A stretch of DNA of 64,000 nucleotides, from positions 39,500,401 to 39,564,400 of the forward strand of contig CM120641.1 of assembly GCA_051362555.1 (NCBI GenBank). Direction: 5' to 3'. This document shows, one piece after another, positions 13,301 to 23,233 of the stretch (the stretch's first letter is position 1; every line of letters starts with the position of its first letter). The position numbers were made by a program, and so were the translations under genes. The DNA is from Lingula anatina (Eukaryota > Animalia > Brachiopoda). The notes below the pieces were generated by a model. The model was not told where the DNA came from. It saw only the letters and a list, made by a program, of their open reading frames with translations, and did not search any database.

Positions 13301-16300
13301 GAATATTCATAATATGCAGGTCTAGTTCGAAAATCGGCATGATTGGGCCATTTTTAGGGAATTTATGCTGTTTTTTCACTTTTTCAGCATATATGTAGCA
13401 CCGATAACACAGTAAGTGGAAAACCATTTTACCTTTTGACTTGAAACTTACAGAACTGATGAATATGCATAATATGCAGGTCAAGTTCGAAAATCAGCAT
13501 GATTGGGCCATTTTTAGGGAATTTATGCTGTTTTTTCACTTTTTTCAACATATATGCAACATTAATAACACAATATAAGAAAAATTGTCATTATACTCAC
13601 AGGAGTGGTCAATCTTACAAAAATGCAGGTTGAGTTCGAAAATCAGCGTTATCGGGCCATTATTTTAGAAGTTATACTGTTTTTTTCAAATTTCCACAGA
13701 TTCAATTCTTAGGCATGTTAACAGTCTCATTATTGAACTAATAAGATACGTAACAGTGTTTGTTTGATATTTCCTGCATCTTTACAACATTGTTAGTTGA
13801 TTATGTAAAAATGATGGTAAACTTGTTATCATGTATTGTGTAATCAAGTGTCCAAAACGGAAATAAACTCATATCATTGCAGTTTGTCAGATTCAATCAT
13901 CCACATCTGCCATGATGACCATGATGGGAAAACCGTGTTACTTATGATTGTCAAACTTTCAAAAAAGAAACACAGGACTAAAATGCAGCCCAAGTTGGAA
14001 AAGCAGTCTAATGGGCTTCTTTTTCTGGAAGTTATACATTTTAGTGAAATATTCATTATCTTTTTGGCATATTCATTGTGGGACTCGGAGCTCCCATGGA
14101 CATGAAGCCGGATGGTAATCAAATTTTCTACATGTTCATGCTATTTATAGTCAATAATCAAAAATTGGTGATAATTATTCTATAATTTATTATGTAATGT
14201 TACATCAAAATTGACAATAATCTTTTTGCACTGCTACTGCAAACATTATGAAAAGAAAACTGTGTTATTTATTATTATATTTAACTTAAGAGTATGATTT
14301 TTAGGATTGGCATGCAGTTCAAATTAGAAAGCCAGGTCAATTGGGTTATCATTTATTATTGAATTTAATGCAATTTTGTGTGAAATTTCATTTTTCTCAT
14401 TCTGGCACTTTCTAAGTATAAACTTGAACTCTGATGGGCCTGAAGCCTTATGCTTTTACTTTCGTCGGTGTTACCTGTTGTGCAAAATTAAAATTTGATG
14501 TTGACTGTGCAGTTAAACATAATGTATTATTGCATCAGAAGTGGTAGTCTCCTATGTAGTAAATGTGCAGTAGCTCAGTATTGTGTTAGAGAATATCAGT
14601 GTTGTGAGTGTTGAGATCTCGGGAGAATACTGGAGACTTGAAAAATAAAGTATGGTGCTGGGAAATCAGACTTGGTGTCTTGTTGGTTTGAATCTAAGAA
14701 CATCTTAAAGAACATCACATTGGCGACGAGGAATTATGGAGGAGGAAGAACCCCAAGCAGTAAACTTGACGCATATACCAACTTTTCCACCTTTCATCAT
14801 CAGACAGGAACCGAACACCGTCTTTAAAAGATGGGGAAAATGGAAGGAAAGATTTGAAAACCTCATGGTTGCACTGAACATCAAAAACTCGCAACAGAAG
14901 AGAGCCATGCTTTTACATTTAGCTGGTGAGGAATTTTTAGACATTTTTGAGAATCTGCCAGACAGAGGGGACTCATATGAAGATGCGGTAGCTTCTTTTG
15001 GACAGTACGTAAGACCTCATCATAATCCTGAGTTTGAAATTTACAAATTTCGAAGCTGTAAGCAAGAACCTAGTGAAACCATTGATTCATACCATATCAA
15101 ACTAAGACAAATAGGAGCCAACTGTGGATTTGAAAATTTGGACAGAGAGGTTAAGTCACAAATTATACAAGGATGTACATCCCATAAATTGAGAAGAAAA
15201 GCTCTTAGTGACCAGACTCTCACTCTGAATAACTTGCTTACACATGCTAGAGCTTTAGAGCTGTCTGAGCAAAGATCCCATATTATGGAAGGCGATACCA
15301 GTCCTACCACAGTCTATGCCGTGAAAAAATCAGCACAAGCCCAAGCACCTAAACCACACAAGCCAAGTCATAACAAGTCGAAAACACAGCCAAAACAGGG
15401 TTTCAGGGAGTGTTGGTTCTGCGGTGGAGAGTACCCACACAAAGGAGTTTGTCCTGCCAAGGGTAAAATCTGCAGAAAATGTAACAAGTTGAACCATTTC
15501 CAAATCAAATGCAGAAGTAAAGAGAACAAAACAAAACCTGATCATGCTCCTATCAGTACTGTAAATGAAAATAAATGTAGCAAGTATATTATTGCTTTAC
15601 AGGTTAGCTCACAGTCTATTGACTTTGAGCTAGATACTGGTGCGTCTGTCACGTTGATTGGTCAAGATTTGTATGAATCAAAGTTCAAAGATCACCCTTT
15701 ACGTCAATCAGATTTGCATCTCACATCTTATTGCGGCAATCCTCTTAGTTTATTGGGGGAAATAACAGTCACAGTGAGTTACAATGACCAGTCTGTAGAC
15801 CTACCATTAGTAGTGGTGGAGGGATCTAAACCTGCATTGTTGGGGCAAAATTGGTTAGAGAAAATAAAGTTAGATTGGTCCAATGTCTTTTCTGTACAGA
15901 GTGACCCAAAGTTAAAGTCACTTCTGTCACAATACAAAGATGTATTTGCTCCAAGTCAAGGGTCAATCAAAGGTTTTGAAGCAGATGTTTACATTCCTGA
16001 AGGTACAACTCCCATATTCAAGAAAGCTTATAGTGTACCCTACCCTCTGCAAGATAAGGGCAAATCTCAGCTGTTGGAGGCAGTTGAGAAGGGTCATTAT
16101 ACCAAAGTAGAAAGTAGTAAGTGGGCGAGTCCACAAGTCACTGTTGTAAAACCATCAGGGGATCTGAGGTTATGTGGTGACTATAAGGTCACAGTTAATA
16201 CAGTACTAGACAAAGACCCATATCCACTCCCAACTATTCAGTCAGTACTGGCCAAACATGCAAAAGGGAAATTCAGATCTAAAATAGATTTGCGCGAAGC

Positions 16301-19300
16301 ATTTTCACAGTTAAGATTGAGTGAGAAGTCAAAACAATATCTCACGATTAACACTTTGATTGGTTTGTTACGCCCAGAGCGAATGCCGTATGGTATTACG
16401 ACTGCTCCGCAGCAGTTTCAACGCGTTATGGATCAAGTGTTGGATGGTATTGAGGAGGCTGCTTGTTCTATTGATGATATACTCATCACTACTGACACAG
16501 TAGAAGAACATTACATAGCACTACAACGTGTGCTGCAGAGACTCCGTCAGTACAATATCCGTGCACGTTTGTCAAAGTGTAGTTTCATTCAGAAACGTAT
16601 TGATATTCTTGGTCATACACTGGATGAAAGTGGTATACATCCAAGTGCCAAGAACATAGAAAATATCATGAATATGCCCAAGCCTGAAAATGTTTCAGAG
16701 CTCAAGTCATTCCTGGGAATGTTAAACTTTTATGGGAAATTCATAAAGAACATGTCTACTCAGGTGTCCACACTAAACAGGCTCTTAAGCAAAAATGTAG
16801 AGTGGAACTGGACAAAAGAGTGTGATGCTGCATTTAATGCTGCCAAGTCTGCTATTTCTGCAGAGTCCTGTCTCACACCCTATGATCCAAAACGGCCAAT
16901 CGTATTAGCTTGTGATGCATCATCAGTGGGGATTGGTGCAGTCATAAGTCATATTATGGAAGATGGTTCTGAACGCCCCATTGAAACAGCCTCTCGTACT
17001 CTTTCTAAAGCAGAAAAGAATTATGCTCAAATTGAGAAAGAGGCTTTAGCCATCATATTTGGTGTGAAGAAATTCCACATGTATTTATATGGAAGAGAGT
17101 TTACTCTTATTACAGACCATCTGCCTCTTGTGAAAATATTCAATTCACATACTGGTATACCGTCATTAGCTGCAGCTAGAATGCAACGCTGGAGTTTGAT
17201 TCTGTCAGCTTACAATTACAAGATAAAATATAGAAAGTCTGCTGACAAGGCAAGTGCAGATTGCTTTTCACGGTTACCAAATAAAAATTCTGAGCCTAGT
17301 GAGGATAACGAGTTTGTTGTCCATTGTGTGTCTTTCACAGAAGAATTACCTGTGAAAGCGAGTGATATTAGCAAAGCCACTATGAAAGACCCAGTTTTGT
17401 CCAGAGTGTATGATTTCACTCTTAATGGTTGGCCAAGCTATGTCAAAGACGATTCTTTGATGCCTTACTTTAGACGCAGAAATGAACTTACTGTTGACCA
17501 AGGTTGCATACTTTGGGGATTACGTGTCATCATACCACCTTGTTATCGTGACCGTTTACTTCGTGAATTACACGAAGAACATCATGGGATTGTTAGAATG
17601 AAGTCCTTAGCTAGAGGGTACTTGTGGTGGCCTGGACTAGATTCTGGAATTGAGTCTTTGGTCTCTGGATGTGATGAATGTCAATCAAACAGAGCCTTGC
17701 CAGCTGTTGCACCACTGATCCCATGGTCTTTCCCTTCACGTGTGTGGGAGAGGGTCCATATTGATTTCTTTGAGAAAGACAATCGTTCTTATTTGATACT
17801 GATTGATGCATATTCGAAGTGGATAGAAGTAGAAGAAATGCAATCTACTACTGCTTCGAAAACAATTGATGTTTTACGTTCGTGGTTTGCAAGAGCAGGT
17901 TTGCCTGAGATTATTGTGTCAGATAATGGACCACAGTTTACCTCAGGGGAGTTTCGTAAATTCTGTGAAATGAATGGAATAAATCACAAACTTATACCTC
18001 CGTACCATGCAAGCACGAATGGTGCCACTGAGCGTTCAGTGCAAGTTATCAAACAAGGGCTAACAAAACATATGTTAGAGAATAGGGAAGGTTCCCGCAG
18101 TCTGAGATTATCCCAGTTAATGATGCTGTATAGAATAACTCCGCATTCAACAACTGGTGTCAGTCCTTCTGAATTGTTCATGAAGCGTCAGATTAGGTCA
18201 AAATTTTCTCTTTTGAAACCCAGCCTTTCTATGTCTGTTGAAACAAAACAGGAAAAGCAATGTCAGTATCATGACAAACGTCCCAAGTCGCGTCACTTTA
18301 ACCTGTATGATAAGGTCAGAGTTCGCAATTTCAGAGGGGGGCAAGAGAAATGGGTTTCTGGTTGCATTGTGAAAGTTTGTGGGCCTCAGACATATGTTGT
18401 ACAAATTGGCAGATCGAAACGCTTTGTGCATATTGATCATATAATTGGTCCCACTGTTTCAAATGAAATGCCATTTTCTGATGAAGTTAATGTGACACTA
18501 CCTTCGAGAGAAAATGTTGAATCTGATTATCAAACAAAGACTGAATTTGAGCAACCTGGGCCAAGGTTTCATTCAGAACCTGTTCAAATTGAGCATGAAT
18601 CAGGTGATACAATGGACAATAGTGATGCAAAATTACCTGACAAATCTGAAGCTAGCAGTACATTTGTATCTGATGATGTTGAGGCTAGTCCTACTGTTGA
18701 TAAACAACCAGTTCGCAGATATCCACAAAGGGAGCGCAAAGCACCTGAGAGACTAACTTACACTTGACTGAGAAATATTTCTGTCATTAAAATTTTCTAG
18801 AGACATATTGTCTTACATGTAAGATGACCAAGGACTGTTAAAGGATTAATGAGAACTGTTGATCTGTTTACACTATGAAGTGATTATTTAGAGTGCCTCT
18901 GAGTATTTGTAACATTTTAGTTTATTTAGTTTTGTCATTATATAAGTAAAAAGAAAAAAAAAAATTTGCACATTTAAAGTCATTGTGGTGCATATCTCAA
19001 GAGGGAGAGATGTAGTAAATGTGCAGTAGCTCAGTATTGTGTTAGAGAATATCAGTGTTGTGAGTGTTGAGATCTCGGGAGAATACTGGAGACTTGAAAA
19101 ATAAAGTATGGTGCTGGGAAATCAGACTTGGTGTCTTGTTGGTTTGAATCTAAGAACATCTTAAAGAACATCACATCCTATTTTGTGCATTATTGTTTTG
19201 TGCTCTGAAAGACCTTTGAGAGGGTCAGTCTATAAATTTCCCTTGGGTATCACTTCGCTAATTTCAGTTATAAAGTAATTTGCCTAATTGATAGGCTACA

Positions 19301-21697
19301 TAAAGCACACTTGTGATTTGAGATTACATAAAGCACACTTGTTGATATTTCCCTGTAAACTCCCATAGGTTAAGCTCTCTGCTAGATTAATAATAAGGAA
19401 GCAGTGATAATTATGCAGGTAAATTTTGTTTAATATTGCAAATAAGTTATATATATATATATATCAAACTGAAAGATTAAAAGTTTGAATAGCAGCTTCA
19501 TTGGAATTATATTTACCTCTGCCAAGGAGGTTATATTTTCACCCCTGTTTGTCATCAACATAACTCAAAAAGTTATGGACCGATTTTACTGAAATTTTCA
19601 GGAACTGTCAGAAGTGGGCCAAAGAGGACAAAAATCAATAATAATCAACAATTGCTACCTTGGCAGAGGTCTGCACTCTCGGAGTGCTTTTCTAGTTTTG
19701 TTATGTTTTCCTTTATAATTTTTTCTCAAACACTTGCATTTGTGACTTTTAACTCTCATCCGCCTGAGACTCTGACATTTCTGTATTTTCACATAAGCAG
19801 TTGTATTGTTTTTTATGTCTTTAAACATTATGTTACTTATGTAATATTATTTTATGCACTGTCATCATTTTTCAAATATTGAGACTTACATCATGTGAAT
19901 TTGAACTCTCATGGTCCTGAAACTGTAATCTTATTGAAAGGGTAGATTGAGACCATCTTCTGGGACTTCTGGAAGACAGTCAGGTTATTAAGTTTATATT
20001 GCCTGGTATCTATTTTTTCTTCTGTTGGAAGACCATCAAAATGGAGGATGGATCAAAATAGATACTTTGGAATCCTGTCAGAGAATATCTCTGGGTCCGC
20101 TCATGTTATTGACCATTTTACCTGTTGTGCATGATTATAAAATTCAGTGTTGACTGATAGTGCTATTATAAGCATTATTTATTATTGCATCAAAATTAAC
20201 AAAATGACCTTTTTTGCATCTTTATTTTCTGTTTTTTGTCTGTACATTTGACAGCTTTGCTGCCTTGTTTTATATATTTGTAGCTGCTTAAGTAATGTAC
20301 TTTTGTCTTTTTTTTTACTGTATTTTTCTCTGTATGTGTTCACTGTAGGTTACTTAGTGCGTCCTTTCAAACACTGTGTGGACTTCTGCACAACTGCAAT
20401 GAAAGATCCCAACCTCCAGAGAGACAAGGGTATATGCTTTTACCTAGCTGTAGACCTGGCTCTCTGGTACATTTTCCTCTGCTTTTTTCATTTTCCATCC
20501 TTCTTATTTGACCTCTACATAAAGAATGTCTTCCAGCAAATTATCAGTTTGAAAATGTATACTAAAATACCTGCACCTTTCATATATAGAACCAAAATAG
20601 TTATACAGTAATGCATTAGTATTTCTTATAGCATGTTTTTTCTTCTCTCAAATCAGAGCAAAAGAAAAGTATTTAAGGATATTACAGCTGCAGTCCCTAG
20701 CACACCACGTCACTGATCATAATTTTTTTCCTGCAGGTTTGCAAGAATTAACCATTGGAAAGAATCCGATACCTGGTTTGAGAAAGCTTTGGAATGTCAG
20801 CCTCAAATTCTGGAAACTGTCACCTGCTTCAGGACCGTCTATGCCATGGTGAAGATGTGTGAATGTCGTCTGCTTTGTGCCAATAAGGCTGGTAAAAGAC
20901 CATTTGCTGATGCACTTCTCAAAAAGGCACAAAAGGTAAATTTCATATAGATCTACATCTACAATGGATTGGTTGGAGTGTCAAATGTTTTTTTTTCTTT
21001 CTTGAAATAAATATATTTATTTAAATTACAAGGTTGATGTAGTAACATTGATCTTTTATACAGGACCATCCCTTCATGATAAGAGATGAAGAATACAATT
21101 TTACCAAATGCATTTATCTTTAAAGTTTATTCAGATTATATGCTCATTTTTCCAGTCATTAAAAAGCCTTCAGAAGCAAGTTGGAATGCTTCAAGTCCTT
21201 CAGCCTCGTATGTTACATATGGAAGCATACCTCAGTGCTCTGAAAGGTAATCTACAGAGGGCTAAAAAATTGCTGACACAGTGTGAAACTGTCAGCAGTG
21301 CCATGGGGAACATTCTGGAAACAGAGTGGGCTGCTTGGTCTCAGAAGGTAGGATGTACATTTCAATGAAGTATTTCATCCAATTTTTGGCTAACTATTTA
21401 ATGTTAGTCTCATGAAAAATTATGCTCATTAAACTGATGTTCTACTTCATTTAAATGACACTGGACCAGTTTTTATCAAAGTACCAAACAAAGAGGAAAA
21501 AAATTAGCAATGCACAATTGTACCATTTGTTTAATTTAATATTTCAGGTATGGTTTGACCCAGCGTATGCTGATCATGAGAACGCATTCTGGATGCAGGG
21601 AGGTGTGACCAGAGTTCAGTCCATAGACAGCACTGGAACTGCAGCTAGTGTGAGGTTCTCTCTGCCACTGTCATCTGTGACACCGAATACTGCTTAG
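100..21697 (+). CDS. ADCY10: Soluble adenylyl cyclase (adenylate cyclase type 10), ~30+ exons
   Basis: ATG at 100 (MAHQ G|gt, 100-112) splices in phase to 239-550 (LLFVDVSGFT...VLKFAG) and 997-1143 (DAILAAW), forming catalytic domain C1. Then 1471-1676. C2 exons ~3166-4725 read FVNLML, NKIFMFDKGCTFL, CGVVGHKDRHEYTVIGRKVNMAARLM. P-loop GDSGMGKT at 5374-5397. Walker-B-like FAADDAHFID at ~6520. Large exon ~8311-8901 (RIDRM...LKCASLIG, QETAYEL). TPR-like C-terminal exons to 12714-12829, then 20349-20466, 20737-20935, 21155-21347, 21548-21697 (TAG). GT-AG borders throughout. Confidence 0.95.
635..692. repeat. (ATT)n microsatellite, ADCY10 intron
   Basis: Direct ATT run; produces the spurious poly-Ile ORF 518-727. 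Confidence 0.95.
9333..9390. repeat. (ATTT)n microsatellite next to an ADCY10 splice donor
   Basis: Direct tetranucleotide run. A similar run lies at ~10349-10398. Confidence 0.9.
13080..13680 (+). repeat. ~160-bp tandem (satellite-like) array inside HINE copy 1, ~3.5 units
   Basis: CCGATAACAC...AAGTGGAAAACCATT recurs at 13080, 13241 and 13401, and in degenerate form at ~13561. Confidence 0.9.
14555..14719 (+). repeat. 5' LTR
   Basis: TGTAGTAAAT...AACATCACA, contains AATAAA; identical to 19011-19175. Confidence 0.97.
14721..14732 (+). promoter_or_regulatory. Primer-binding site, complementary to the 3' end of tRNA-Ser(GCT)
   Basis: TGGCGACGAGGA lies 1 nt after the 5' LTR. Animal tRNA-Ser(GCT) ends ...UCCUCGUCGCCA (recalled, not searched). 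Confidence 0.8.
14736..18767 (+). CDS. Gag-Pol polyprotein, 1343 aa (gag zinc knuckles, protease, RT, RNase H, integrase)
   Basis: Uninterrupted ORF. Knuckles CWFCGGEYPHKGVC and CRKCNKLNHFQIKC; protease LDTGA; RT LRLCGDYK, KIDL, MPYG, SIDD; RNase H LACDAS...IEKE...ITDH; integrase HEEHH...CDEC, HIDF, SDNG, ERSVQ. PR-RT-RH-IN order is Gypsy-type. Confidence 0.97.
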   Translation: MEEEEPQAVNLTHIPTFPPFIIRQEPNTVFKRWGKWKERFENLMVALNIKNSQQKRAMLLHLAGEEFLDIFENLPDRGDSYEDAVASFGQYVRPHHNPEFEIYKFRSCKQEPSETIDSYHIKLRQIGANCGFENLDREVKSQIIQGCTSHKLRRKALSDQTLTLNNLLTHARALELSEQRSHIMEGDTSPTTVYAVKKSAQAQAPKPHKPSHNKSKTQPKQGFRECWFCGGEYPHKGVCPAKGKICRKCNKLNHFQIKCRSKENKTKPDHAPISTVNENKCSKYIIALQVSSQSIDFELDTGASVTLIGQDLYESKFKDHPLRQSDLHLTSYCGNPLSLLGEITVTVSYNDQSVDLPLVVVEGSKPALLGQNWLEKIKLDWSNVFSVQSDPKLKSLLSQYKDVFAPSQGSIKGFEADVYIPEGTTPIFKKAYSVPYPLQDKGKSQLLEAVEKGHYTKVESSKWASPQVTVVKPSGDLRLCGDYKVTVNTVLDKDPYPLPTIQSVLAKHAKGKFRSKIDLREAFSQLRLSEKSKQYLTINTLIGLLRPERMPYGITTAPQQFQRVMDQVLDGIEEAACSIDDILITTDTVEEHYIALQRVLQRLRQYNIRARLSKCSFIQKRIDILGHTLDESGIHPSAKNIENIMNMPKPENVSELKSFLGMLNFYGKFIKNMSTQVSTLNRLLSKNVEWNWTKECDAAFNAAKSAISAESCLTPYDPKRPIVLACDASSVGIGAVISHIMEDGSERPIETASRTLSKAEKNYAQIEKEALAIIFGVKKFHMYLYGREFTLITDHLPLVKIFNSHTGIPSLAAARMQRWSLILSAYNYKIKYRKSADKASADCFSRLPNKNSEPSEDNEFVVHCVSFTEELPVKASDISKATMKDPVLSRVYDFTLNGWPSYVKDDSLMPYFRRRNELTVDQGCILWGLRVIIPPCYRDRLLRELHEEHHGIVRMKSLARGYLWWPGLDSGIESLVSGCDECQSNRALPAVAPLIPWSFPSRVWERVHIDFFEKDNRSYLILIDAYSKWIEVEEMQSTTASKTIDVLRSWFARAGLPEIIVSDNGPQFTSGEFRKFCEMNGINHKLIPPYHASTNGATERSVQVIKQGLTKHMLENREGSRSLRLSQLMMLYRITPHSTTGVSPSELFMKRQIRSKFSLLKPSLSMSVETKQEKQCQYHDKRPKSRHFNLYDKVRVRNFRGGQEKWVSGCIVKVCGPQTYVVQIGRSKRFVHIDHIIGPTVSNEMPFSDEVNVTLPSRENVESDYQTKTEFEQPGPRFHSEPVQIEHESGDTMDNSDAKLPDKSEASSTFVSDDVEASPTVDKQPVRRYPQRERKAPERLTYT
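19011..19175 (+). repeat. 3' LTR
   Basis: Preceded by the polypurine tract and followed by TSD TCCTA. Confidence 0.97.
19512..19697 (+). mobile_element. Small HINE/Helentron-type mini-element nested in HINE copy 1
   Basis: Begins TTTACCTCTGCCAAGGAGGTTAT and ends CCTTGGCAGAGGT-CTGCACTCTCGGAGTGC-TTTTCTAGTT: 13-bp subterminal inverted repeat plus 3' hairpin. Also present at 26905-27142 in copy 2. Confidence 0.7.
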
Positions 21698-23233
21698 AAC
21701 CCCACATAAGACTTATTGCTAGAATCCACAAGTCATTGCATTGGTCTTAATGAAGTATTGTCTGTGAGCTATTTTCAAAGAAGGATTTTTGTGATAATAG
21801 TTTTTATCAGTTTTATTTTCATTTTCATAGCTTTTCTTTTACATATTGAAGCAAAATAACTTGCTGTGTTCTGTTTAAACAATTTTATTCCCATAAACAA
21901 AACTTTTTAACAGATGTTTTCTATTTGGCAAAACATGTTGATGAAATAAATGTACATTATATATAAGGACCATCACCTGTACAATAAAAAATATCACATA
22001 AAACCCATATATATAAATTCGTCTTCTTCCTTCTGTACATAAGTAGCTATTCCAACATCTATTTTAATAGCACAATTATATTTTACTTTCTAAAATCCCA
22101 ACACATTAAAATATTTCTTATCAAATGTGACAGGATTATTCTACACAATCTGAACTACACTAAACTCGATAGGCTGAACATTTAGACTACCCATCTTGTC
22201 AGAATAACAATACAGTTGACATGAAACTCTATCTCTTGTATATCTTTGCTTAGTTAAAAAGCAATTGCTTTTTATATCATGCAGTCATGTAATTAACAGA
22301 ATGTCTTTTGTACAATACCAGATTTTCACAATCAGTTTAACACACTGGTTGATATAAAAGCGTAGTCATCATGGGAAACTTTTTACCTGTGTCACCTCTA
22401 TTAACATAATCTAGCTGTGTAATGTGCCCTGTATTTCTGATGTGCTGCTTCTAGTTCATGTGTGCCAGGTGTGTACGAGTGAAAAAATAATAGTCATGTG
22501 CATGTTTTAAAAGTATTTTACATTACACCTTATTTGTATTTCTATACATGTATATGCAATTGTACATTAACAACAGTCCTAATCCCCACAACAAACAGAG
22601 ATCATTTTATTACAGGTCTTAATAAATAAATTCTCTAAAAATCTACATCTTACCCATCCCATTAAAATAATAACTACAGCAAACCAAACAGCCTAGGGCC
22701 ATTTTCCAATAAATCACATATGATGGTGCAGTACTGAAATTTTCCCTGTCTCTGTGTTAAGCATATTATACTTGAAGTTTGTCTACATCTAAATGCCATT
22801 TGATGGCCTAAACACAGTTCAATATGTGATATATTGCATCTTATACTGTTAGTCTTCTAGCTACTGTACAGTCGACTACATTAAATGGGAACCAATACCT
22901 CTCGAAGAAACTATAATACTTGCATAAAAAGTATCTCAGCATGTCAATCTATATGCAAATCTTCACAAAACTGCTTCTTTTTTATACACAACACAACTTG
23001 CACATATAAATTTAAGATGGGTATTGAGGCACCTTCAATAAATGACTAGAATGGAACATATAATTCAATTATGCTACATCTTTTGTATGACAACTTGGAT
23101 TTGGTGGTGTAAACAACTCCCTAGAGATATAAAAATACCGGCAATGGTTTGCAGTCAGCAAAAAATATTACATTTATCATCCAATAGCCCATCTTCTCCA
23201 ACAGACTGACCACTTTACTAGTAATCACAAAGT

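Larger units (their letters stand above)
14555..19175 (+). mobile_element. Full-length Ty3/Gypsy LTR retrotransposon, Mag/K02A2.6-like clade (4621 bp)
   Basis: LTRs 14555-14719 and 19011-19175 (165 bp, TG...CA, identical by eye). 5-bp TSD TCCTA at 14550-14554 and 19176-19180. PBS TGGCGACGAGGA at 14721-14732. PPT AAGAGGGAGAGA at 18999-19010. One internal ORF. Confidence 0.98.
12972..20269 (+). mobile_element. Non-autonomous Helentron/HINE-like composite element, copy 1 (~2.7 kb once the nested LTR element is removed)
   Basis: Starts in a T-run with a 14-bp hairpin TATGTACAGACACA-GA-TGTGTCTGTACATA (12976-13005). Followed by a GTC/GCC microsatellite (13018-13070) and a ~160-bp tandem array (13080-13680). 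Ends with subterminal inverted repeat TGTCTGTACAT (20237-20247), a small CAGC-TTT-GCTG hairpin and CTTGTT. Homologous end to end with 26339-30414 on the opposite strand. Confidence 0.85.

Noticed and set aside
13012-13484. Near-identical short ORFs ([13 protein letters not shown]...) here and at 30165-30374
   Set aside because: Chance translation of the 160-bp repeat and the microsatellite; no protein features.
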